In this document: piece by piece, positions 11,760 through 22,512 of the stretch
How the letters are laid out: each line of letters starts with the position of its first letter
Position numbering within the stretch: the first letter of the stretch is position 1
Source of the DNA: Amphiscolops sp. MND2022
Taxonomy: Eukaryota
Assembly: GCA_964187785.1 (NCBI GenBank)
Contig: OZ076409.1
Location: 38,566,001-38,630,000, forward strand
Direction: 5' to 3'
Length of the DNA: 64,000 nucleotides
The notes under the pieces: generated by a model
Databases searched by the model: none
Told to the model about the DNA's origin: nothing
The model's input: the letters and a program-made list of their open reading frames with translations, nothing else
Translations under genes and position numbers: made by a program

Positions 11760-12824
11760 ATGTATTCAATTCACACCCGAGATGACTTGGAAAAATTAAA
11801 AAAATTACAAGAAACAAAATCTTCAGTACGCAAAGAAAGATTAAAAGAGAAACTAGGGGAGCAAGACTTTCATTATGACCTTGAAGAAGTTTTTGAACCT
11901 GTCACTACAAAACAGGTGGAATCAAATGAAAAACAAATACAAGCCATTGACAAACAAACCCAAGGGGTTACACAAGCAAATGAAAATCAGACAAGAGCAA
12001 TAGAACACAATAATAATATTCTTCGCGTAGCCATGCAAAATTCTTTTAAAGAAGGAATAAAACAATATAATGAAATTACAAATCATAATAATCAGCTTCT
12101 TACAAGTCTTGTTAATTCCAACAAGGTTGATTCTAGTATTGTAAAAACAGTTTCTAATTTACTTAATGACAAAAACAAAAGTCAATTTAGTTTAGAACCA
12201 ATTACGCAGAGCTTCGCACAAGACAATCCTAATTTATTCACAATTAATACCCATAACCCACAACAAGTACTAATTAAAGGTTCAACAATGGTTTTCGAGA
12301 ATGGGAATTCATATGATCTTAGTAACCCAGATCTTCAATATTTTATAACTAATACACAATTTGACAAACAAATAAATAACTGGGACTCAATTTATAACTT
12401 CTTAAATAATATGAAATATGATCTAAATTATGGAGATAAAAAATCAATCAGATATCAATTTATTAAAGAATTATACTCTCGCTATCAATTGCAGGGCTAC
12501 ACGCAAGGCTTCGCACAGGGCTACACACAAGCACATGATTTGCAGGGCTTCGCACAGGGCCAATCACAGGGCTTCACAGGAAGTGGATTAAATGGCGAAA
12601 GCTATCGCGAAAGCTATCGCGAATATTCACAACAGTACATTTTCCTCCCATCTGACCCAGACGAATTAGTGGATCAATTGAAACTACTTTATTTTGAAAA
12701 AGTTGGAGGAAATGATAGTTTTTTGATTAATGAACAAATTATTGCAATTATAGACAAGTTATTGGAGTATGAATGCATATCACCTTCTCAACACCAAAAT
12801 ATACGAAGCAACTTGATCTCCTAA
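11760..12824 (+). CDS. Conserved Polinton hypothetical (core-like) protein
   Basis: 354 aa, coiled-coil N-terminus, GSGL, and the C-terminal FLPSDPDELVDQLKLL...GGN...IIAIIDKLLE motif recurrent in Polintons. Confidence 0.7.
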   Translation: MYSIHTRDDLEKLKKLQETKSSVRKERLKEKLGEQDFHYDLEEVFEPVTTKQVESNEKQIQAIDKQTQGVTQANENQTRAIEHNNNILRVAMQNSFKEGIKQYNEITNHNNQLLTSLVNSNKVDSSIVKTVSNLLNDKNKSQFSLEPITQSFAQDNPNLFTINTHNPQQVLIKGSTMVFENGNSYDLSNPDLQYFITNTQFDKQINNWDSIYNFLNNMKYDLNYGDKKSIRYQFIKELYSRYQLQGYTQGFAQGYTQAHDLQGFAQGQSQGFTGSGLNGESYRESYREYSQQYIFLPSDPDELVDQLKLLYFEKVGGNDSFLINEQIIAIIDKLLEYECISPSQHQNIRSNLIS

Positions 12825-12840
12825 TCTCCTCACGAAGTCC

Positions 12841-13950
12841 CTAATTACTTAAAGGATCAGTTTGTGGATTGAAGATCTTGTAATTTGGATTAGATTCATT
12901 ACAAATCCTGTACCTACTCCCATTTTTATCTTCCAATCTGTTTATTAAAAGGTAGTTGAATTTTTCGTTCCATGCTTCTCTGCACAAACTTTTGAATTCC
13001 TCATAAGACATATCAAAACCTGATATGTCCCTATGAATATGTTCTACATCTTTCAGTGTTTGTTGAAATAAAATTATTATATTCGAATTGTTCCTAACTG
13101 TCTTTTTTGGTGCATCAAAATAACTCTGACATAAATAATAAACATCACAAGATTTGTGTCTTCCCCTAGTAAAAAATGGATCAATCAATTTCTGGTTGGA
13201 GTTCAACATATCATCAAATACTACACAACACCCCCTATACTCTTCCAAATCCCCCACATTTTCTTCCACTTCTATTCCTTGAATATAAAGCTCCACATCC
13301 TCATATTGTTCTGGACTCCTTGTAATGATACGAATTTGTTTCTCTGGATCTTCCAAACGAATCAATCGTAATTTATTCAACAACAAATGAGTCTTACCAC
13401 AAAATGATGGGCCAACTATTAATGTTCTATTAGTTTCGTTCACACCACTATTAGCATTAGCTCCCGCGTTAGCTCCCGCATTATCATCATTAGCGATAGC
13501 TTTCGCGATAGCTTTCGCGTTAGCTTCCGCATTATTATCATTATTATTATCATCATTATTATTATTATGTGTGCGGTAGCTATTGCGGTAGCTATCGCGA
13601 AGCTGTGTGGGAAGCAAGTCACCCCCGGTATTAATATTTGTGCGAAGCTGTGCAGTTGTGTGCGAAGCTGCGAATGCTCCTGCGGCAGCTTTCGCGCGAT
13701 TATAATGCTGATGCAAGTGTTGCTTCTTGATGTGTGACCTTAAATGACTTTTATTTAATTCCTTATTACAAAATTCACACCTCACCTTTTTATTAAAACA
13801 CACTTTGCATGAATTGTACATTTTACCATTTTTGTATGAATAAAAAGTATTACAATTCTTCATAATATTACATTCCTTACATCTTTTTTTATTACTACAA
13901 TCATCACACAAACTTTTTTCACTACTTTTATTACAAATTAAGCAATTCAT
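12841..13950 (-). CDS. A32/FtsK-like packaging ATPase 1 with N-terminal zinc fingers
   Basis: Walker A GPSFCGKT, Walker B VVFDDM, RGRH, LCQSY. N-terminal CxxC pairs and C2H2 (CEFC...HIKKQH). Confidence 0.92.
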   Translation of the reverse strand: MNCLICNKSSEKSLCDDCSNKKRCKECNIMKNCNTFYSYKNGKMYNSCKVCFNKKVRCEFCNKELNKSHLRSHIKKQHLHQHYNRAKAAAGAFAASHTTAQLRTNINTGGDLLPTQLRDSYRNSYRTHNNNNDDNNNDNNAEANAKAIAKAIANDDNAGANAGANANSGVNETNRTLIVGPSFCGKTHLLLNKLRLIRLEDPEKQIRIITRSPEQYEDVELYIQGIEVEENVGDLEEYRGCCVVFDDMLNSNQKLIDPFFTRGRHKSCDVYYLCQSYFDAPKKTVRNNSNIIILFQQTLKDVEHIHRDISGFDMSYEEFKSLCREAWNEKFNYLLINRLEDKNGSRYRICNESNPNYKIFNPQTDPLSN

Positions 13951-13959
13951 TTATTTAGT

Positions 13960-14250
13960 AAAAAATCACTAAATTCATCTAAGAATCACTCAGTATCACT
14001 ATGTAATCACTATGTAATCACTATGTAGTCACTAAGCAAATTTCACTAAATCACTAAGGTTTCACTAAGTGTCTGTAAGGGTATTTATTTCTCTAAGATT
14101 AAAAATTATAGTGAAATTTAGTGAAAATAAAAGCTCTTAGTGAAACCTTAGTGATTCTTAGAGGAATTTAGAGAAATTTAGAGATCACTAAGAATCACTA
14201 AATAATCACTAAATAATCACTAATCACTAAATAATCACTAAATAATCACT
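13960..14250. repeat. Internal TCACTAA direct/inverted repeat array
   Basis: More than 15 (A)TCACTA units. Perfect 21-bp inverted repeat at 14049-14069 and 14136-14156. Confidence 0.9.
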
Positions 14251-15490
14251 AAACATTATTTAGCTTATTTTTAGTAAAGTTTTTTGCATGATCATAAATT
14301 AACTTCTTGAAGTCCTCTTTAACTGAATCACTAATTAGTGGTTTTTGCATACGCTCAACGTAGTTGTCTATTTTGGATTCATTTACTTTAATATTATTTT
14401 GTTTGCAATATGCTACATAATAATAAGCTATGTTGAGTGGTGTTATTTCAATTGTCTGGTCGGACATTTCCTCTAAGAAAATTTTGAGTTTGTTGTATTC
14501 ATCACCAGTGAAAAAGTAACTTTCATAAGCAACAAGTTGTTCTGGACCCCATTTACTTCGTTTGCTCGAATCATAAGTTAAGTTGTACTTGTTGTTTAAT
14601 ACCTTGTATTTCTGACTCCTTGTGTCAAATTCAATTATACCATATTCTAACAGATCGCGGTAGTATTTCCAATTAAACCCGTCTTTGATCGCGGAAGCTA
14701 ACGCATAAGTTTGTACAATCGACTCGAAGAAGTTATCTGGGTTATTAATTGTTAAGTATATTTTGAAGCAATTTTCCCTCACGATTGGAAGAACATCCTT
14801 TGCATAGTGAGCAAGGTATATCACTTGAATCCCCAAGTGTCTACCAAATCGGAAAAGGTCTTCTACTTTTGTTTTAGGACTTTTGTATGCACCTGCATCA
14901 TCCAGTACAACAATTTTATTAGTAAGTGATTCAATACTAACTTTCTCCAACTGCAGTAGTGGTACAAAATTTTGAGAGGGAAACTCACGTTCATCTCGCC
15001 CGAAAACTACGTAATTTCTTTGGCGTGAGCTATCGCGAAGCTCTGCAACTTGTGCCAAATAATGCTTTAAAGAACTTGTCTTCCCAGAGCCACTACTACC
15101 ATAAATTATGAAATGCGCGTTGCAATGAGAATTGTTATGTGAGTTGTTGTTTTGCGTAGCTTCGCGTGTATCCTGGGGGGCTTCGCGTTCCTGGTTTGTC
15201 AGATGAGAGTATTTGAACCCTGCAAATTGTAGTAGTTTTTTATAAATTGTTTTAAACTGTCTAGGACGAATATAATTCCAATATATTACAACAATAATAC
15301 CTATAAATATAATTAAACATACAATAAACATAGGATTTGTGATTACTTTATAAATTCGTGTTTTCTGATACCAATTGGCCGCGCCAGCTCCCGCGCCAGC
15401 TCCCGCGCCACCTCCCGCGCTAGCTTTCACGCCGGCTCCTTCACCTTGATAATTATTTCTATAGCTCTGCAAGCAATAATCATTATTCAG
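14249..15490 (-). CDS. A32/FtsK-like ATPase 2 with N-terminal transmembrane helix (start codon appears as CTG at 15490)
   Basis: Walker A GSSGSGKT, Walker B VVLDDA, FGRH. Hydrophobic MFIVCLIIFIGIIVVIYW segment. Confidence 0.85.
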   Translation of the reverse strand: MNNDYCLQSYRNNYQGEGAGVKASAGGGAGAGAGAGAANWYQKTRIYKVITNPMFIVCLIIFIGIIVVIYWNYIRPRQFKTIYKKLLQFAGFKYSHLTNQEREAPQDTREATQNNNSHNNSHCNAHFIIYGSSGSGKTSSLKHYLAQVAELRDSSRQRNYVVFGRDEREFPSQNFVPLLQLEKVSIESLTNKIVVLDDAGAYKSPKTKVEDLFRFGRHLGIQVIYLAHYAKDVLPIVRENCFKIYLTINNPDNFFESIVQTYALASAIKDGFNWKYYRDLLEYGIIEFDTRSQKYKVLNNKYNLTYDSSKRSKWGPEQLVAYESYFFTGDEYNKLKIFLEEMSDQTIEITPLNIAYYYVAYCKQNNIKVNESKIDNYVERMQKPLISDSVKEDFKKLIYDHAKNFTKNKLNNV

Positions 15491-15513
15491 TTATTTATAA
15501 AAAATTGTTATAA

Positions 15514-16386
15514 ATGAACATGAATCAAAAGGCGGAGCTTTGCAAAGAGCAGATTGCTAAAGAAATATTCTCTCCTGTAATCAAGAAGTCTCAAAGAATT
15601 CAAATACAAACTCACTATAAAGATGAATGTTGGAGTATCGATTTAATTGATCGCTCAAACTTAAGCAAATACAACAAAAACTACAAGTTTATTTTCACAA
15701 TAATTGACATTCATACCAAATATGCATGGGCGATTCCCCTCAAAGATAAATCAGGAAAAAGTACAACTACTGCTTTAAAAAGTCTCATTGAAAAAGAAAA
15801 GAGAAAACCACACAAAATTTGGAGTGATAGAGGTAAAGAATTTTACAACACAACATTTTTACACTATTTAAAAGAGCAAAACATTCAAATTTATTCAACC
15901 CATTCGGATTTGAAGGCTGTTTTTGTTGAACGTTTCAATAGAACACTTCTGGACTTAATCAAAGAACCAATGTATATTGAGGGTAAAGGTAACTGGTTGA
16001 ATCACCTTGATGCTGCTTTGGATAAGTATAATAATAGGGTGCATGGTACAACAAAAATGACACCTTTTGAAGCGAATAAAAAACCAATAGATCCACCTAC
16101 CTTTGTTAATAAACTGAAACAACCCAAATTCCAAGTGGGAGATTTTGTAAGAGTTCCTGACAAAAGGAACATTTATTCAAAAGGTTATACAACAAATTGG
16201 AATAGAGAACTTTTTAAAATACACAGCATCAACAAAACAAACCCAGTAACATACACTCTAAATGATGAAAATGGAGAAATTATTCAAGGAAAATACTATG
16301 AACAAGAACTTTTAGGAAGCATATTCGACTTTGACTCTAACAACAAAACGTTAGAAAGTATGAATATTTTCCACAAGTTTGAGTAA
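15514..16386 (+). CDS. Retroviral-like (rve) DDE integrase of the Polinton
   Basis: WSIDLID, WSDRGKEF, VERFNRT, KGYTTNW. Intact ORF with no C-terminal chromodomain visible. Confidence 0.95.
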   Translation: MNMNQKAELCKEQIAKEIFSPVIKKSQRIQIQTHYKDECWSIDLIDRSNLSKYNKNYKFIFTIIDIHTKYAWAIPLKDKSGKSTTTALKSLIEKEKRKPHKIWSDRGKEFYNTTFLHYLKEQNIQIYSTHSDLKAVFVERFNRTLLDLIKEPMYIEGKGNWLNHLDAALDKYNNRVHGTTKMTPFEANKKPIDPPTFVNKLKQPKFQVGDFVRVPDKRNIYSKGYTTNWNRELFKIHSINKTNPVTYTLNDENGEIIQGKYYEQELLGSIFDFDSNNKTLESMNIFHKFE

Positions 16387-16419
16387 TTTTCCACGTTTCA
16401 CAATAATTTTCTATTATAA

Positions 16420-17655
16420 ATGAACACAGATATGTTTTCTTTAAAAAATAAATACACTCTTGAAAAACCTTTTCATGAAATTGATTTCATAAAGTATAGT
16501 CCAAGTAGTTTGGCGACAATTAACAATACAAACTCGAATACTACAATTAGTTTCCCAAGAGAAGATGCATACATATGTTTACAAAATAGTTTCATAAGTC
16601 CAGAATTTGAAGTACTTAAAAACAACGACTCAAGATACACCAACGGTGATGAAATTGGATTGGTTAACTTTGGGCCAATCTCTCTATTTAGTGAAGCCAA
16701 ATTAACAACTTCTAGTGGGAAACACCTAGAAAAAGTTGACAATTTGCACTTGATTTCTTTAATGTATAAACTTCTAACAAGCACTAGTCAAACTTCCCAG
16801 TTATTGTATGGGTTTGAAGAAAGCGAGACTATCAGAAGACAAGAACTAACAAACAACAAAAATGAGAAAGGAACCTTTTTTGTGAGAATAAAACTAAAAG
16901 ACTTGTTTGGATTTGCTGATCAAGAAAAAATAACTTACGGTTTGGGCTACACTCTTACACTCAAACGGAACACTAACAATGACGCCATTTTAAGAAGTGT
17001 TGGAGTGGATGCTGCAAAAGTGGTTATTAAAGACATTGGTTGGTATATCCCACACTATGTTCCCAGTATCGAAAACCAACAACTTGTCATGGACCAAATT
17101 CTAAATAAAGATACAACCGAATTGAGTTACACGGAACGAATTATTTTTAGAAAAGATGTTAACACGAATTCGAATTGGACATTTGAATTAGGCAGCGCAG
17201 GCGAGTCCTGTCCAGCTTTTGTGATTGTTGGATTTCAAGCTAGAAATAAAATTGATTCTCAGGTTCATGATAATGCAGTGTTTGACCGGTTGCCAATTAG
17301 TAATGCTGTTTGTAAAATAGGATCAGAAAAATATCCCGATGATGGGATAGAATGTGATTACGACCGCGACAAATATGATCAAGCATATAGTGAAATTGAA
17401 AACTTTTATCACTTGAATAGTGAAACTAACTTACTCAACCCATTTATTGATTTGAACAAATTCAGAACAAATTATAATTTTTATGTATTTGACCTCAGCA
17501 AACAAAGGGATATCATTGCGAGTCAACCAATCCGTTTAGAATTTAAATTTAATGCTGCCATTGATGTAGCAGATTATATAGCTTATGCACTTGTATTAAC
17601 CCCAAAACTAATAAGTATTAGTAGTGATGGGCAAAGGCATTTTGACCTCATTTGA
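16420..17655 (+). CDS. Major capsid protein (double jelly roll)
   Basis: 411-aa beta-rich ORF with LFSEAKL...G..LE, CPAFVIVGFQ, KYP, YVFDLSKQ and IRLEFKF, characteristic of Polinton MCP. Confidence 0.88.
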   Translation: MNTDMFSLKNKYTLEKPFHEIDFIKYSPSSLATINNTNSNTTISFPREDAYICLQNSFISPEFEVLKNNDSRYTNGDEIGLVNFGPISLFSEAKLTTSSGKHLEKVDNLHLISLMYKLLTSTSQTSQLLYGFEESETIRRQELTNNKNEKGTFFVRIKLKDLFGFADQEKITYGLGYTLTLKRNTNNDAILRSVGVDAAKVVIKDIGWYIPHYVPSIENQQLVMDQILNKDTTELSYTERIIFRKDVNTNSNWTFELGSAGESCPAFVIVGFQARNKIDSQVHDNAVFDRLPISNAVCKIGSEKYPDDGIECDYDRDKYDQAYSEIENFYHLNSETNLLNPFIDLNKFRTNYNFYVFDLSKQRDIIASQPIRLEFKFNAAIDVADYIAYALVLTPKLISISSDGQRHFDLI

Positions 17656-17689
17656 TTTGATATGAGAGGAATGATGAATCATAGATTAA

Positions 17690-17790
17690 TAATTATAAAT
17701 GATGATAAATGATAATAAATGATAATGCTAATATTATAATAAATGATGATAATAAATGATGATAATAAATGATATTTCTAATTATAAAAG
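17690..17790. repeat. (aataaatgatgat)n low-complexity repeat between the convergent MCP and pPolB genes
   Basis: Visible tandem array containing several AATAAA. Confidence 0.75.
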
Positions 17791-17857
17791 ATGTGTGTGA
17801 AAGCTATCGCGAAAGCTATCGCGAAGCTGTGCGTCACGCCAGTTATCACGATAGTTA

Positions 17858-20800
17858 TCACAATAAATGGGCCCGATCACTTATCAGATTTAAAAGCTGT
17901 TGATGATTCAATTTTTCTTTCAGAGTCCAAATGTTATAGTATATTTCTTCATCTGGGAGGGGCTTTGCAGGGCACCCATCATCCGTTTCACTTGTGCTCT
18001 GTTCGGTGTAATACAAGCCAACTAATTTTATACAAAGTATACAAGGACAATCACCTTTTTGTGTGTGTTTATCCCATGATAAACTTTGTATTGGATTCAA
18101 GTACATACGCTTGTCATCAAAAGGATTCAAAGCTAGCTTATCTTGTTTCTGAACAGTTAAGTTGTGAGCATTACTTCTAATAGCATAATTAGTTGCAGTT
18201 GTTGTTTCAGAGTTAAATAATGAATTTATAAATTGTGAATAAATTGGTGTATGTTGTATTGCTTTTTGTTTTGACTTTTGCGTTAGCTTTTGCGTTAGCT
18301 TTTGCGTTGCTTTCTGAACTGTGTTTCCATAGCTAAAAGAATATGATTTAGATCTCAAAGCTACGAAGTTGTATAATTCAATAATTGGTGATGTTTCTAT
18401 TTTCATTTTACCTATAACTTTCTTGTTGATTGAGTTGTACAACTCATGACTTGGGTCGAGCTCGCTGAAATCAAAATCATCTTTGAAGTATTCCAAATCA
18501 TTTATAAGGTCTCCAGTTTTAATACTTAGAATGAATGAGTCTGTATCCATGTAATGCAGTTTAATTTTATTGTTATATTATGGTTGTAATTTGTGATAAT
18601 AAAACTCATACATTAACAATTTACTCAGTTCTAAAACACTAAACCCCAAGTATACTGGTTTATCAAAAAGTACTTTTTCCTTATCAAACTTGTAAACACT
18701 GAATTCGGAGTAATGATAAGTGATTCCTTTAAAGCTTAACTTCGATTGTCTTTTTATTATTTGATCAATGTTGGTGTGAGGGATAAACTCTAAATTAGTC
18801 CGGTCTCTAACATTTTCCATAGTCTTACCAAAGAAAGCGTTGTTCATTACTTTGTACAAATCCTTCTCAAAGTTTGTTTTTGCTTTGGTGCGTTTTTGTG
18901 TGTTATGATTAACGTATTTTTCTAACCAAAGTGATTGTTTGAACCGGTAGATTGTGTGAACCTTTATTACTTTCATCCCGATCTGGGTGTAAAACTTGAA
19001 CATCCTGTAGTGCATCATATAATTATATTTATTTGTTAGGTCACACATAAGTTTCTCGGTTGGTTTGTAGTTGGATTGTTTTACACTGTTCATGTATTCT
19101 GAGAAAAGATTTGTTCGGCTTTTGTTTGATGAGGACAAAGTGGAAAGTTTTCGGTTTTTTCTTTAATTTCTGCTGGATATTCTAAATCACATTCTATAAA
19201 GTATCCAAATTCATTGTCATCTGGTGTATTCAAAATGTCTTCTGTAATTTCATTCATCAGTGCAGAATCATATTGCATAGCTTCGTGACAGTTCTGCGCG
19301 AAGCTACGCATCTTTTTAAAGTCTCCAGTAGGAAGGTATTGACTCATTGCCCATCCATACAAGTTATTTGCATCAATGTACAGTAATTTAGTATTTTCAT
19401 TTGACTCAATGAATCTGGGACCCATAACACTTGAAATTCCTCCACGTATATTGTTTTCTAAAAGTAATAATAATTCTTTACATTTTATATAATCTAATTT
19501 AATTTTAGTAAGTTTTAAACCAGCTTTCCATGTATAACCAGGTAAAGAGTAACTGTACAAAGGATTGATGCCGTATTCAAGTGTAGACTTCTCAACAAAG
19601 TTTTCGAACACGTCAGTGAGTTGTAGTACATCCATTTTTAAGTACAATTCTGTTAGTTCTTGTGCTGTTGTAATGTTGTAAGTGTCAATCAATTGTTGGG
19701 TTCTTTTTATATCATCCTCACATGGGTGAGATTGTGTTAATGTTGACCAATAGTCCTCTTTTGTTAGATTTAGTGGTTCATGCAGGTTGTTAAGATTGAA
19801 TTTTTCGTATGGATAAGCTAGTTTTTTCTTAAATAAATCATCAGTTAGGCCCTCATTTTGCATATAAGGAAAATCATTCAATGATGTTATGAGTTTTTGT
19901 AGACTACTACTCAAAAATCTGTATGAATCTAAAAACCTTAAACAACCTACTTGCACACTTACATAATTTTCCATTGACTTTGGTATAATATTTATTGGTA
20001 ACTTTAGATTATAAGCTGATGTTAAGAGTTCTTCAAAAATTAAATGACAATCATAACCACTGAAATTATGGAAAAATATAGGAACAAACGAACTTGACTT
20101 TTTTTTACAATTTAAATTACATTTGTTGTGGGCCGCTCCTCGGTACTTGCCTGTAAGGTGATCATGATCTCGAACGTTATCCTCACCGTCTAACTTTCGT
20201 TCGCAAAGCCAACACACTTTGGATTGTTGAAATGATTGGTGTTCTTCAGGAGTTATTTCAAGAGGTAAATTTGTTCAAAATAGTTACTAGCAATGTTTTC
20301 TAGAGTCAACATTTCATTTACAAACCATGTTACACACGATTCACCAAAGTATGAGCTGTAATTATTACCAAATGGTGAAATCATATAAAATCCTACTGCA
20401 ATTGGAATTTGTTTAAATAATACTTTGGGGTCGTCTGTTGGTTGATTAATGCATTCGAAATCTGCATATACTCTCATTGGTATGGGAACTTTCATATGAT
20501 AATCTTCGAACTTTAAGTGATCCTTCCAACTGAATGAGATATTAGTTGGTTGTTGTTTTTGACAACGGTCAATGTGTTGACTGAGAATATCCTCAGAACT
20601 AAATGCAGTTAGGCATCTTCTACACACCCATTTCTTGTGCGAATCCTTATTTATTAGACAATGCAATTTTGTCATTAAGCAATAGTGATTTTGATATAAT
20701 AATAAATCTATTTGTGGTTGATCATAGTTTGTGTTGGTATGGATTGGTGTTAAAACTGTTTTTGTGAGTTCAAATACATTTACGTTTAAATTATTTAAGT

Positions 20801-21722
20801 TTTCGAACTTGGGAAAATCTTTAATTTTCATGGGGAATTCTAAACCATTTAAAATGAGTTTGTTCGTGTGCATTGAATAATTTGATGTTCTATTTTTATG
20901 ATCCTCAACGGGAAAAAGGTGTGCTAGGATGCACCACAAAAAGCAAAATTGATCATCATTTTTTATATTTATAATTGATTTATTATTCTTATATTTTTCT
21001 GGCAACTCAACCCATGAAGAAACTTGAATATCATTGACTTTATAAATTTCTAATATAACATTGACAATACCGTTTAACACAAAACCTGATCCTTCTAATT
21101 GTTCATCATCTAATTTCTGCATTAATATGTTGTGAATATTTGGGTTTGCGCCGAAGGCAATCTGCGTGTGATTGTAATTAAAATCTGATTTAACCCATTT
21201 GTGAAATACAATTTCTTCTCCACTAACTATTTTTGAAAACTTAGCTAAATAACTCAATTGGAACTTGTATCGGGGAAAGTAATTTTTATTTAGTAAATCA
21301 TTAATCTGTTCTTCAAGATGATTTGTTGGATTTACTCTCAGTTTAATGTATGTTTTTTCATTCACAATTATTTCTACGCCAGTTCCTACGCCAGTTCCTA
21401 CTCCATGTAGTGTATTACCAAATGCGTTTTTTGTAGCATTGTTTTGACTTCTTAACGTGTGAATTTCACTTTGGAAATGTCTTGAATTACTTATATATTT
21501 GCCACAATCTTCACACCAATTTTGTGTAGCTTCGCGTTGTTGTTTGGTTTTGTTTTTATGTTCATCTGAATTTAGATGATTAGACTTGTCAGACAATGGC
21601 ATAAATGTATTACATTTTTTACAATAATATTGATTTAATTTTTGTAAATGTTTTATTGATTTTAGATGATCAGACTTGTAAGCTTTTTTATAATCAGAAT
21701 TACAAATACTGCAGTTCTCCAT
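17858..21722 (-). pseudogene. Protein-primed DNA polymerase B with N-terminal zinc fingers and an endonuclease VII-like insert, disrupted by two frameshifts and one stop
   Basis: YADFE, HNFSGYD, DANNLYG, KxxxNAFFGK, YMDTDS, KSY, RDHDHLTGKYRGAAHNKCN. Breaks near 20270, near 19115 and TAA at 18578-18580. Confidence 0.95.
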
Positions 21723-21819
21723 TTATTTATAATAAAATTATGAATTTAATAGCAGCATATTTTTCAATTATTAGTGTTAAGTTTTATTTTATTTTTTGTG
21801 TTAATATTGAATAAATTAA

Positions 21820-22509
21820 TTATAAAAAATTGTGTGGTTTAAGTGGTAATGTTGGTGGTGTGTGTGAAGCTGTGTTAGCTGTCGCGTTAGCTGTCGTGTG
21901 TGAAGCTACTTGTGATTTTGTATGCGAAGCTGTGCGCGAAGCTGTGCGTGATTTTGTGTGAATTTCCTGTGAAGCTACCTGATAATTTTCAAATTGATTC
22001 ACAAATCGGCGATATTCTTTTTCATCTATATGATTATCTTTTAGGCTAGTAACATAAAGTTGTCTAAAGTTGTCAAGAGTCTTCTGAATAATAGTGTACT
22101 TAAGTTTATAATTTTGCTCCTTTTTCTTCAAATAACTGGAACAAATCTTAACAAGAATACCAGTTGTACAACCAACTCCTGCAGCGATTGGAACAACTAT
22201 AATACCCACACCAGTAATACTTAGTGAGATTGATGCTGAAGTGGTTCCAATCACTATAATGCCATCGAGGGAGTTAATTAGGTTATTTATTAGCTTGTAT
22301 TTGTTGTATTTCTGTTTGTATTTCTTTTCTTCCATTTCATAATATTTCATCATTAGACTAATGTTTTGAATAGAATTATTGAAGCTATTTACTTTTTGTA
22401 ATTCGTTTTGCAACGCGCTTTGCAATCGCTTATTTATCATTGATTCTACATCATATGGTGCGGGGGGAGAGGCCGTTGGGGTCAGGGAGGGATAGAGTTT
22501 TTGTTCCAT
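21820..22509 (-). CDS. Polinton membrane protein (coiled coil plus hydrophobic hairpin)
   Basis: GIIVIGTTSASISLSITGVGIIVVPIAAGVG hydrophobic segment, SLKDNHIDEKEY, N-terminal LYPSL. Confidence 0.75.
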   Translation of the reverse strand: MEQKLYPSLTPTASPPAPYDVESMINKRLQSALQNELQKVNSFNNSIQNISLMMKYYEMEEKKYKQKYNKYKLINNLINSLDGIIVIGTTSASISLSITGVGIIVVPIAAGVGCTTGILVKICSSYLKKKEQNYKLKYTIIQKTLDNFRQLYVTSLKDNHIDEKEYRRFVNQFENYQVASQEIHTKSRTASRTASHTKSQVASHTTANATANTASHTPPTLPLKPHNFL

Positions 22510-22512
22510 TTA

